The notes under the pieces are model-generated. The model worked only from the letters and a program-made list of their open reading frames with translations. It was not told where the DNA came from and did not search any database. 64,000 bases of DNA from the NCBI GenBank assembly GCA_035275265.1, contig DATENC010000029.1, positions 65,955 through 129,954 on the forward strand, in the 5' to 3' direction. Shown in pieces: positions 50,926 to 58,923 of this stretch (within the stretch, counting starts at the first letter, position 1; every line of letters begins with the position of its first letter). The stretch comes from Burkholderiales bacterium. GTDB lineage: Bacteria > Pseudomonadota > Gammaproteobacteria > Burkholderiales > JACQAP01. Position numbers and translations under genes: made by a program.

Positions 50926-51088
50926 GCGGTTGGGAGTCAGTCCCTGGAAACCGGTCCAACCCACGCTCTAGATTCCCCCTCCTGGGGCGGGCCGTGCACG
51001 GGAACTGCCGCGCACGGCTGGCTCCCAAGGGAGGAGAGTGGGTTTGTGCCCGCTCCACAATCAACTAGAAGAACTGAAAGGAATACAG

Positions 51089-53392
51089 ATGGTCGCTCGA
51101 CTGCCCCCAATCTCACGGGCGTACCTCGCCTGTGCCGTCAGCTTGGGACTATCGGGCGGTGTCGCCCACAGCGCAGAGGAGAATCCTGCGGCCGCGCTGG
51201 AAGCACCGACCGTAGAAGTCATCGGCACCACCCCGCTACCCGGGATCGGGGTACCGGTCAACCAGGTGCCGGCGAACGTGCAAGCCACTACCGGCGCCGA
51301 AATCCAGAAACAGAGAACTCTGGACCTTTCCGAATTCCTGGACAACAACCTCGGAAGCGTCACGCTCAATCATGGGCAGAACAACCCGTTCCAGCCCGAT
51401 GTCAATTTTCGCGGGTTCTCGGCTTCGCCGCTGCTGGGCACGCCCCAGGGACTGTCAGTCTTCATGGACGGCGTGCGGGTAAACGAACCATTCGGCGACG
51501 TGGTGAACTGGGATCTGATTCCGCAGAACGCGATATCCACGATAATACTTAACCCGGGCTCAAATCCGGTGTTTGGCTTGAATACACTGGGCGCTTCCCT
51601 CTCGGTCAACACCAAGTCCGGCTTCCAGTATCCCGGCGCATCGGCTTCGATTTACGGCGGCTCCTGGGGAAGAAAGGGGGTGGAAGTCGAATATGGCACG
51701 CACGGGGAGGACGTGGACTTCTTCCTCGCTGGCAACTTCATCGACGAGGACGGTTGGCGTGACCATTCGCCGAGCCGGATACAGACGCTGTTCAGCAAGG
51801 TCGGCTGGGAGCGCGAGGATACTGACTTCGATCTGTCGTTGATGCTCGCCGACAACAAACTTGAGGGAACACAAGCGTTGCCGCTGGGCTGGCTGGATAC
51901 TCGCGAACAGGCTTACACCTGGCCCGATCGCAATGAAAATCAGCTTGTGTTCCTGAACGCTCGCGCCAGCCAGTTCTTAAGCGATGACAAGTTGCTCGCC
52001 GGGAACATTTACTATCGGCACTACACCAACGACAACTTCAGCAGCAACGTCAACGACGATTGCGAGGATCCGTTGGCGAACCCTGGCCTTTGCGCCGGGG
52101 GCATTCCTTCGGGTGAACCACAAGCCATCAACGACACCAGCGAAATCAAGACCACCGGCTACGGCGGTTCGGTGCAGTTGACACTCCTTGGCGATCTCGG
52201 AAAGAAGAAGAACAATTTCACAATTGGCGCCAGCGTCGATCTCGGCAAGACAGACTTTTCCCAATCGGAAGAGGACGCGGACTTTACCGCCGACCGCGGG
52301 ACGGTCGGGACGGGCGTTTTGTCCCTTGAGACCGATGTAGAGTCAACCACCAACTACTACGGCCTTTATCTCACCGACACCTACTCCTTCGACGAGCAGT
52401 GGCACCTGACTTTGTCGGGCCGTTACAACTGGGCGAATGTGACCATCGAGGACAAGACCGGGTTAGAGCCGGGGCTCAATGGCGACCACACGTTCAAACG
52501 CTTTAATCCGGCAGTGGGTCTGAACTTCAACCCGACACCCGCGCTTTCGACCTTCGTGGCGTACAGCGAAGGCATGCGCGCACCGACTCCCGTCGAGCTT
52601 ACTTGTGCAGATCCCGCCGCCCCGTGCCGCCTGCCCAACAACTTTCTGGCCGACCCGCCGCTCGAGAAAGTCGTCTCGAAGACAATGGAAGCGGGTGCAC
52701 GCGGCCGCTGGTCAGAGGCGCTGGGATGGAACGTGGCGCTCTATCGCACCGATCTAGACGACGACATCATCTTCATTTCCAGTGGCGGCGCGGTGAATGC
52801 GGGTTTTTTCCAGAATGCGGGCAAGACTCGCCGGCAAGGTCTGGAACTCGGTATGCACGGCCATACCGGCAAGCTGAATGTCGCGGCGAATTACGGTTTT
52901 ATCGACGCCACGTTCGAATCAGCGCTGACAATCAATAGCCCCGTCAATTCTTCGGCGGATCCCTCCGGAGACATACAGGTTTCACCCGGTAACAAGGTGC
53001 CGGGCATTCCCGAACACTCGCTGAAACTGCGCTTGGAATACGCCTTCACGAACGCTGTCTCGGTGGGCACCAACATCATGTATTTCTCGTCCCAGTACGC
53101 GCGCGGCGACGAAAACAATCAGGACATCAACGGAAAAATTCCCGGCTATACCGTAGTCAATCTGGATGCACGTTACCAGCTCACCAAGCAACTCATGTTT
53201 TTTGGCCGCGTAACCAATTTGTTCGATGAGGAGTACGAAACGCTGGGTGTGCTGGGAGAAAATTTCTTCAATGGCCCAAGCCGAACCTTTGATGCGGGAA
53301 GCGTCAGCACTGAACAGTTTCGTTCGACCGGCGCGCCACGCGGAATCTGGGTCGGGGTCAAATACGACTTTGGCAAGCCGGTCCGAAAGTGA
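51089..53392 (+). CDS. TonB-dependent outer-membrane receptor
   Basis: A signal peptide, a plug domain (FRGFSASPLLGTPQGLSVFMDGVRVNEPFGD), and a long beta-barrel ending ...GVKYDF followed by six extra residues. ATG at 51089 follows AAAGGAA. Confidence 0.93.
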   Translation: MVARLPPISRAYLACAVSLGLSGGVAHSAEENPAAALEAPTVEVIGTTPLPGIGVPVNQVPANVQATTGAEIQKQRTLDLSEFLDNNLGSVTLNHGQNNPFQPDVNFRGFSASPLLGTPQGLSVFMDGVRVNEPFGDVVNWDLIPQNAISTIILNPGSNPVFGLNTLGASLSVNTKSGFQYPGASASIYGGSWGRKGVEVEYGTHGEDVDFFLAGNFIDEDGWRDHSPSRIQTLFSKVGWEREDTDFDLSLMLADNKLEGTQALPLGWLDTREQAYTWPDRNENQLVFLNARASQFLSDDKLLAGNIYYRHYTNDNFSSNVNDDCEDPLANPGLCAGGIPSGEPQAINDTSEIKTTGYGGSVQLTLLGDLGKKKNNFTIGASVDLGKTDFSQSEEDADFTADRGTVGTGVLSLETDVESTTNYYGLYLTDTYSFDEQWHLTLSGRYNWANVTIEDKTGLEPGLNGDHTFKRFNPAVGLNFNPTPALSTFVAYSEGMRAPTPVELTCADPAAPCRLPNNFLADPPLEKVVSKTMEAGARGRWSEALGWNVALYRTDLDDDIIFISSGGAVNAGFFQNAGKTRRQGLELGMHGHTGKLNVAANYGFIDATFESALTINSPVNSSADPSGDIQVSPGNKVPGIPEHSLKLRLEYAFTNAVSVGTNIMYFSSQYARGDENNQDINGKIPGYTVVNLDARYQLTKQLMFFGRVTNLFDEEYETLGVLGENFFNGPSRTFDAGSVSTEQFRSTGAPRGIWVGVKYDFGKPVRK

Positions 53393-53501
53393 GCCCCGCT
53401 CAAGAGATATAGCGTAAAGCCCACGCCGAACGCCAGGATTAACCCGGCAAACACGCTGGGGATATTGTCCGCAACAAATAACCAGATACACCCGATTCGG
53501 T

Positions 53502-53531
53502 GCCCGCCTGCTATCCGGGCGGGCCTTTTTT
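53502..53531 (+). terminator. possible intrinsic terminator downstream of the TonB-dependent receptor
   Basis: Stem GCCCGCC / GGCGGGC with a 9-nt loop, followed by a run of six T, about 110 nt after the stop codon. Confidence 0.5.
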
Positions 53532-53614
53532 CGCCCCCGGCTCGCGCCATTTATAATCCCATTATTCGCAGGTCGCGATAGATTGCGACACAAGTTAATG
53601 GAGAAGAATCGACA

Positions 53615-54328
53615 ATGACCCCCTCTTCAATTCGCGCGCTGACTTTCGACGTGTTCGGTACCGTGGTCGACTGGCGCGGCAGCATCATCCGTGAAGGACG
53701 CGCGCTCGGAAAGCAAAAGACCCTGAAGGTCGATTGGCCCGCTGTCGCGGACGCATGGCGCGACGGCTACAAACCGGCGATGGACCGGGTCCGCAAACGA
53801 CAATTGCCGTGGATGACCATAGATCAATTGCATGGGATGATCCTCGACGACGTGGTGGCGAAGTTGCGTATCGACGGCCTCTCGCCGGAAGACAAGAATC
53901 ATCTCAATCACGCGTGGCACCGGCTGCGCCCGTGGCCCGATGCGCGCCCAGGGTTGAAGCGCCTGAAAAAACGCTACGTGCTCGCCACGCTGTCAAACGG
54001 CAATATGTCGCTGCTCGTGGACATGGCCCGGAACGCCGGGTTGCCGTGGGACTGTGTCCTTTCGGCGGAATTGTTCAAGCATTACAAACCCGATCCTGAA
54101 GCGTATCTCGGCGCCGCTGCGCTCCTCGGCCTCCAGGCTTCGGAAGTGTTGATGGTGGCCGCGCACAAGGACGACCTTCAGGCAGCAAAACGTTGCGGCT
54201 TGCGTACCGCTTTCGTGCGCCGGCCAATGGAACGTGGACCGGGTACGAAGACCGACATGTCGTCGGATCGCTCCTTCGATTTTAATGCCGACGACTTCAA
54301 CGACCTCGCGTCGCAACTAGGCGCGTAA
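53615..54328 (+). CDS. haloacid dehalogenase type II (HAD superfamily)
   Basis: Motif I FDVFGTVVDW, SNGN, and the YKPDPEAY and HKDDL motifs typical of L-2-haloacid dehalogenases. Confidence 0.85.
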   Translation: MTPSSIRALTFDVFGTVVDWRGSIIREGRALGKQKTLKVDWPAVADAWRDGYKPAMDRVRKRQLPWMTIDQLHGMILDDVVAKLRIDGLSPEDKNHLNHAWHRLRPWPDARPGLKRLKKRYVLATLSNGNMSLLVDMARNAGLPWDCVLSAELFKHYKPDPEAYLGAAALLGLQASEVLMVAAHKDDLQAAKRCGLRTAFVRRPMERGPGTKTDMSSDRSFDFNADDFNDLASQLGA

Positions 54329-54337
54329 ATCTCGTCG

Positions 54338-55030
54338 ATGAAACCACAGGGCTCGAGCAGGCTATTGGAAACCCGCGCCACAATCGTGGTCTGGGACCTG
54401 CCGCTGCGCATCTTCCACTGGGCGTTGGTGTTTCTCGTTGTCTCGCAGATCGTTACTGTGTCTATTGGCGGCAATGCGATGGAATACCACGCGCTCGGCG
54501 GCTATGCGATTCTGACGCTGGTGCTGTTTCGCATCATGTGGGGATTTGCCGGTGGAACGCATGCGCGTTTCGACGACTTCCTGCGCGGGCCGGTGAAGGT
54601 GGCGCGTTACGCAGGCATGCTTGTAAAGGACACTGCCGCAGCTCATCGCGGCCACAACCCACTGGGCGGCTGGAGTGTTGTGCTTATGCTGGCGTCGCTG
54701 CTTTTGCAGGCAATGACTGGACTGTTCGCCAACGACGACGTAATGATGGAGGGACCACTGGCGAAACATGTGTCGGAAGATGCGAGCGCAGTGTTCACGG
54801 CTATCCACGACATCAATGCCCGCATTCTGCTCACGCTGATCTCGCTCCACATTCTTGCCGTGCTTTTCTATCTGTTGCGCAGGAAACAGAACCTGGTGTT
54901 GCCGATGTTCACAGGCCGGAAACCGATCGAACTGGCGGATGCACGCCCACCCAGGACAGGCAACCCCTGGCTCGCCGCACTGCTGCTCGGCATGTCCTCA
55001 ATGGTCGTTTACTTCGTCGTTACTTCTTAG
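54338..55030 (+). CDS. cytochrome b (Ni/Fe-hydrogenase b-type cytochrome subunit-like) membrane protein
   Basis: It has four TM helices. His residues lie in FHWALV, HRGHNPLGGW and LHILAVLFY. Confidence 0.8.
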   Translation: MKPQGSSRLLETRATIVVWDLPLRIFHWALVFLVVSQIVTVSIGGNAMEYHALGGYAILTLVLFRIMWGFAGGTHARFDDFLRGPVKVARYAGMLVKDTAAAHRGHNPLGGWSVVLMLASLLLQAMTGLFANDDVMMEGPLAKHVSEDASAVFTAIHDINARILLTLISLHILAVLFYLLRRKQNLVLPMFTGRKPIELADARPPRTGNPWLAALLLGMSSMVVYFVVTS

Positions 55031-55673
55031 CGCGCCGGTAGCGCTGCGCGTGCTCCGGGACCGGGATTCGCGATGCAAGGCGCGGATCGGGCTTTGGCGC
55101 AGCAGAAAGCGGGGCAAAATCCAGCGTCCCCGCCCAGATCGGCAAGCCATAGTCCTCCTCGTCGTCCAAGGGCGGGCCGCTGCGCACCTTCGCCGAAGCC
55201 TCGACAATTTCCATTCGCAACACGGCGGTCTGGTCGAGTTCCTGCGGCTTGACCGGGCGCAGGGTCTCCCAGCGTCCCGGGACGATGTGATCTGAAATCG
55301 TTTTCAGGGCATGCGGTTTTTCGTTGGCCGGCACTGGCTCGGCAGTGCCGAGGATAACTACGGACCGGTAATTCACCGACGAGTGGAAGGCCGACCGTGC
55401 CAGCACCAGCCCATCAACCAGAGTCACCGTCACGCTCATCGCAATCCCCATCCCTGCCTCTTTCAACATGCGGCTGGCCGCCGATCCATGGATGTAAAGC
55501 TTATGTCCGTCACGCCCAAACCCCGTGGGAATGACGTAGGGCTGGCCGTTCACGACGAAGCCGACGTGGCAAAAGAAACCCTCATCGAGTATCGCCGCGA
55601 TGGTTGCGAAATCGTGGCTGCCGCGCGCCGGATAGCGGTCGAGCTTTGTACGGCTGGAAAGTAGATCAGACAT
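55020..55673 (-). CDS. pyridoxamine 5'-phosphate oxidase-like FMN-binding protein
   Basis: A 217-aa protein with a split-barrel family signature, recalled from memory (RYPARGSHDFATIAAILDEGFFCHVGF...). It overlaps the convergent cytochrome b gene by 11 nt. There is no Shine-Dalgarno sequence, and the leader is a C-rich repeat. Confidence 0.75.
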   Translation of the reverse strand: MSDLLSSRTKLDRYPARGSHDFATIAAILDEGFFCHVGFVVNGQPYVIPTGFGRDGHKLYIHGSAASRMLKEAGMGIAMSVTVTLVDGLVLARSAFHSSVNYRSVVILGTAEPVPANEKPHALKTISDHIVPGRWETLRPVKPQELDQTAVLRMEIVEASAKVRSGPPLDDEEDYGLPIWAGTLDFAPLSAAPKPDPRLASRIPVPEHAQRYRRAKK

Positions 55674-55675
55674 AA

Positions 55676-55812
55676 GAGGGGCGAGGGGCGAGGGACGAGG
55701 GGCGAGGGAGGGACAAGTAAATCAGGATCGAGCGCGGAGGAGCGAGGCGCGAAAAAGAACAACTAGAGATCTGGAACGGTTGCATTTACTCGTCCCTCTC
55801 CCCTCTCCCCTC
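55676..55812. repeat. five tandem GAGGG(G/A)(C/G) heptamers (55676-55710) plus inverted C-rich partner (55784-55812)
   Basis: The left arm reads GAGGGGC GAGGGGC GAGGGAC GAGGGGC GAGGGAG GGACAAGTAAAT. The right arm, ATTTACTCGTCCCTCTCCCCTCTCCCCTC, is its imperfect reverse complement. The loop is about 61 nt. Confidence 0.85.
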
Positions 55813-56260
55813 ATTTATTTCGGTATTTATCGTGACACGCCTTGCAGGCCTTGCCTGTCTCTCCGAGTTGCGCCTTGCTGGTGTTGAGATCGCCGGCCTT
55901 GGCGACTTCAGCGAGCTTTGTCGCCTCGGCCTGCATCTTCTCCAGCTTTGCCTTGAAGTCGTCCATGTCGAGCCAGATCTCCGGCTTCGCCTTGGTTTCG
56001 CCGGTGTCCGACCCGGGCACAAAACCTTCCAGCGGAAGTTTACTCATGAAGGCGACGATCTCCGCGTGGCGCGCAAACGCGGCCGCGTCATAGGGCTTCT
56101 CGCCCTTCGCCATCGCCGCCATCGGCCCGAAATTCCAGCCGATCACCCGATACACGCCTTGCCGGTATTTAATGGCGTCCTCGGGTTTCTGAGCCACTGC
56201 GGCATTGGCGAACAAGGTCGTACAGGCACCGAACAACAGCACAACGGCAAAGCGTTTCAT
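55811..56260 (-). CDS. cytochrome c' (class II c-type cytochrome)
   Basis: A signal peptide, a four-helix-bundle-sized mature protein, and a C-terminal heme motif CKACH. Internal ATG at 56260. Confidence 0.9.
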   Translation of the reverse strand: MKRFAVVLLFGACTTLFANAAVAQKPEDAIKYRQGVYRVIGWNFGPMAAMAKGEKPYDAAAFARHAEIVAFMSKLPLEGFVPGSDTGETKAKPEIWLDMDDFKAKLEKMQAEATKLAEVAKAGDLNTSKAQLGETGKACKACHDKYRNK

Positions 56261-56557
56261 ACATTCCTCCTCTGGATGACGGCGGAAAGATTCTACATCA
56301 GCCGCCACGTCACCCCCCGCCCTCTCCCCCCAAAGGCGGAGAGGGTGCGCTGCGCAGGCCTACCGGTTCTTGATCTAACAGTTCCCTCTCACTTGACTTT
56401 TCCTCAGGGCCGAACCTGTTTCGCATGCAACGCAAGAGTAGGCTTTTTGTCGAGCCGGCGGTCTTGGGCGCGGTCTGCTACTTCCGGTTGAGCTCCGTTC
56501 GGTGCTGCCGTATCGGTAGTCATAGAGGTGTTTGTGGCCTACGTATCTACCAACTAC

Positions 56558-56971
56558 ATGAACAATCCGAAGGCGCCGGTCGGAAAATGGACGTGCGCGC
56601 CATCATCTAGACTCGCACCATTCACGGAGGTGCCGACTGGCGACAAGACTAAACGCACTGACCTATGTGGTCAGTGCGTCTCTTATGTCAAGCAAGTCTG
56701 TCCAACTCTGCCTGTTACGAGCATGTGGAAGTAGGGATCGCCTCTCAAAGATAATAAGAACATCTTGCCCGGAACCGTCATTGCGACGTTTGATTCGTCT
56801 GGTAGGTACGAAGGCCATGCCGCCATCTACGTCAGTCAAAGCGCGGAAGGCGTCAGCGTATACGACCAGTACGTCACGCCGCCAACTCCGAAGGCCTTTG
56901 GACCCAGACTCTTGCGCTGGGGCGCACGTGGCAACTCCAACAACGGAGACAACTTCTATGTCGTGGAATAA
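56558..56971 (+). pseudogene. small Cys/His (CHAP/NlpC-like; BPSL0067-family-like from memory) protein gene interrupted by one in-frame TAG at 56732-56734
   Basis: ORFs 56528-56734 and 56765-56971 share one frame. Reading through gives ...LCGQCVSYVKQVCPTLPVTSMWK*GSPLKDNKNILPGTVIATFDSSGRYEGHAAIYVSQ... The second half has no ATG or Shine-Dalgarno sequence of its own. Confidence 0.6.
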
Positions 56972-57305
56972 GAAGATCGTCGCCGTACTGCTTGCATCGC
57001 TCTCGGGCTGCTCGATTCACCCTGTCGTCGGGGAAGAGGTTTGCCCGTCCCGGCACGAGCAGGCGTTGCGTTTTGTTGACGTCTTCGACGGCGCTCCCGA
57101 AGAGTTGGCAACGTTGGTACCAGATACGGCAAAGGAGCGGTCCGGATACTGGCAGCTTGGCTACATATATGACGCGGGGCGAGTCGTTACGATTCGGTGC
57201 AAATATGCCGATGGACAGGCATTGGACGTGAAGCTTTCCAACAGGGTTTATCGGTGTGATTACACGATCGATTCAAGCGAAACACTGAAGCTGTATTGCA
57301 AATAG
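56958..57305 (+). CDS. small lipoprotein partner (STY0301-family-like from memory)
   Basis: The ATG at 56958 overlaps the preceding frame by 14 nt. The lipobox is LSGC. The 115-aa protein has four further Cys residues. Confidence 0.7.
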   Translation: MSWNKKIVAVLLASLSGCSIHPVVGEEVCPSRHEQALRFVDVFDGAPEELATLVPDTAKERSGYWQLGYIYDAGRVVTIRCKYADGQALDVKLSNRVYRCDYTIDSSETLKLYCK

Positions 57306-57492
57306 GTTCAACCGATGGTCTCAATTTCCGTGTCGCACGGGAGGGGGCACGGGACAGCTCAGGTCTTGTTTCTTGCATGGCCGGCTTGTGGTTCATGAGA
57401 AAACTTCAGAGCCAAGGTACGAGAGGTGGGGTACGAGTGAAAGTCCAATTCTCAAGAATCGTTTTAACCCTCTCGTCCCTTACCCCGATATT

Positions 57493-58923
57493 TCACACCA
57501 CCCTGAAATTCTTGAACTGCCACGGGTCGGACGCATCCACGTCTTCCGGAAAAAGTACGCCGCGTCCTTCCAGCGGAGTCCAGTCGGTGTACACGCCCAC
57601 TACCCGGCCAAGATAAGGCTTGCAGATCTGCATCATTGTCTTGTACGGCAACTCGTCCGGCTCGACGATGCCTGCGTCGGGATTATTGATGGCCCAGATG
57701 ATCGCCGAGGCATAGCCGATGTTGACCTGAAGGCTGGTAGCGTTGTTGTACGGGCAGAGCTTGCGCGCGTCCTCGATGGTGAGCTGCGAACCGTACCAAT
57801 AGGCGCCCTTGCTGTGGCCCATCAACAACACGCCGAGTTCGTCCATGCCTTCGGAAATCTCATCCCGCAGCAACCGGTAACGCGGCGGAAACCGGTAGTT
57901 GTTGCCGATGTATTCGTGCATCGACAGCACCGCATCGTCGCAGGGATGATACGAGTAGTGGCAGGTCGGCCGGTACACGGCCTTGCCCTTCCTATGCACC
58001 GTAAAGTAGTCGGGAATCGTGGTGGATTCGCCGTGGGAGATGAGGAACCCGAGCATCGGGCCTTCAAGTGGCGTCCAAGTACGCACCCGCGTGGATGCGC
58101 CGGTGCGCGCCAGGTAGACGGCAGCACCGCAGCCGAAGTCGAACTTGTGAGCGTCGTGCGGCCAGTTCTTCTCGTGGGTACCCCAGCCAAGCTCTGCCGG
58201 CTGTAGAGATTCGCCGGCAAAGGCTTCGCTCGACCACGTGTTGACGAACTCGTCGCGCTGCTTGCGGCGCGAACTCACCTGGCTGTCGCGCTCGGCGATA
58301 TGGATGACCTTGATGTCGAGCCGTTGCGCGAGCTGCGCCCACTGCTCGCGCGTTTTCGGCACCAGCGCCTTCTCCCCGACATCCTTGGCGATGTTCAGAA
58401 GCGCCTGCTTGAGCATATGCGAGACCAGACCGGGGTTGGCGCCATGCATCAACACACAGGCCGGGCCCTTGGGGTGTTTCCTGCGCAAATCCAGCGCCGC
58501 CTCGCGGTAGGCATAGTTGGAGCGCCGGTCCGCGGGGACGCTGGTGTTGTTGTGCCCGCCGGGCCAAGGCTCGATGCAAGCATCGATGTAGAGGATCCCA
58601 CGGCGCCGGCAGTACTCGATAGTGTCGAGACTGTTGACGTCATAGGAAGCGTTGACCAGAAAGTCGCCGGGCCCCAGATACTTGTCGTACTGGGCGACAT
58701 AGGACTCGCGCTTGATCGGCTCGACGATAAACTTGACGCCTAGCGTGCCAGCAATCTCGCGGCCGAAAGCATTGGCAGTGATGATTGTGATCTGCTCGGG
58801 CTTGATGTCGATATGGCGCAGGATCAGCGGCAGCGAGCCCTGGCCTACTGACCCGAAACCGACGATAAGCATTCTCCCTTCGAAAACCGCATACTTTTTA
58901 TAGCCGGGCAATTTAGCTTTCAC
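57493..58923 (-). CDS. hss: homospermidine synthase (bacterial HSS, saccharopine-dehydrogenase-like fold)
   Basis: A 476-aa protein with the N-terminal Rossmann motif IVGFGSVGQG. It appears collinear with bacterial HSS as I recall it (GANPGLVSH, ISHGES motifs). Confidence 0.88.
   Translation of the reverse strand: MKAKLPGYKKYAVFEGRMLIVGFGSVGQGSLPLILRHIDIKPEQITIITANAFGREIAGTLGVKFIVEPIKRESYVAQYDKYLGPGDFLVNASYDVNSLDTIEYCRRRGILYIDACIEPWPGGHNNTSVPADRRSNYAYREAALDLRRKHPKGPACVLMHGANPGLVSHMLKQALLNIAKDVGEKALVPKTREQWAQLAQRLDIKVIHIAERDSQVSSRRKQRDEFVNTWSSEAFAGESLQPAELGWGTHEKNWPHDAHKFDFGCGAAVYLARTGASTRVRTWTPLEGPMLGFLISHGESTTIPDYFTVHRKGKAVYRPTCHYSYHPCDDAVLSMHEYIGNNYRFPPRYRLLRDEISEGMDELGVLLMGHSKGAYWYGSQLTIEDARKLCPYNNATSLQVNIGYASAIIWAINNPDAGIVEPDELPYKTMMQICKPYLGRVVGVYTDWTPLEGRGVLFPEDVDASDPWQFKNFRVV

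Noticed and set aside
50771-51088. A cobalamin or other riboswitch in the 318-bp leader of the TonB-dependent receptor.
   Set aside because: I found no B12-box (GCCACTG) or other riboswitch core by eye, only generic hairpins. An Infernal/Rfam scan would be needed to exclude it formally.
53173-53550. A 125-aa minus-strand ORF with a TM-like segment.
   Set aside because: It would overlap the last ~220 nt of the well-supported TonB-dependent receptor, and I saw no start-site support. It is mentioned only as a curiosity in a finding.
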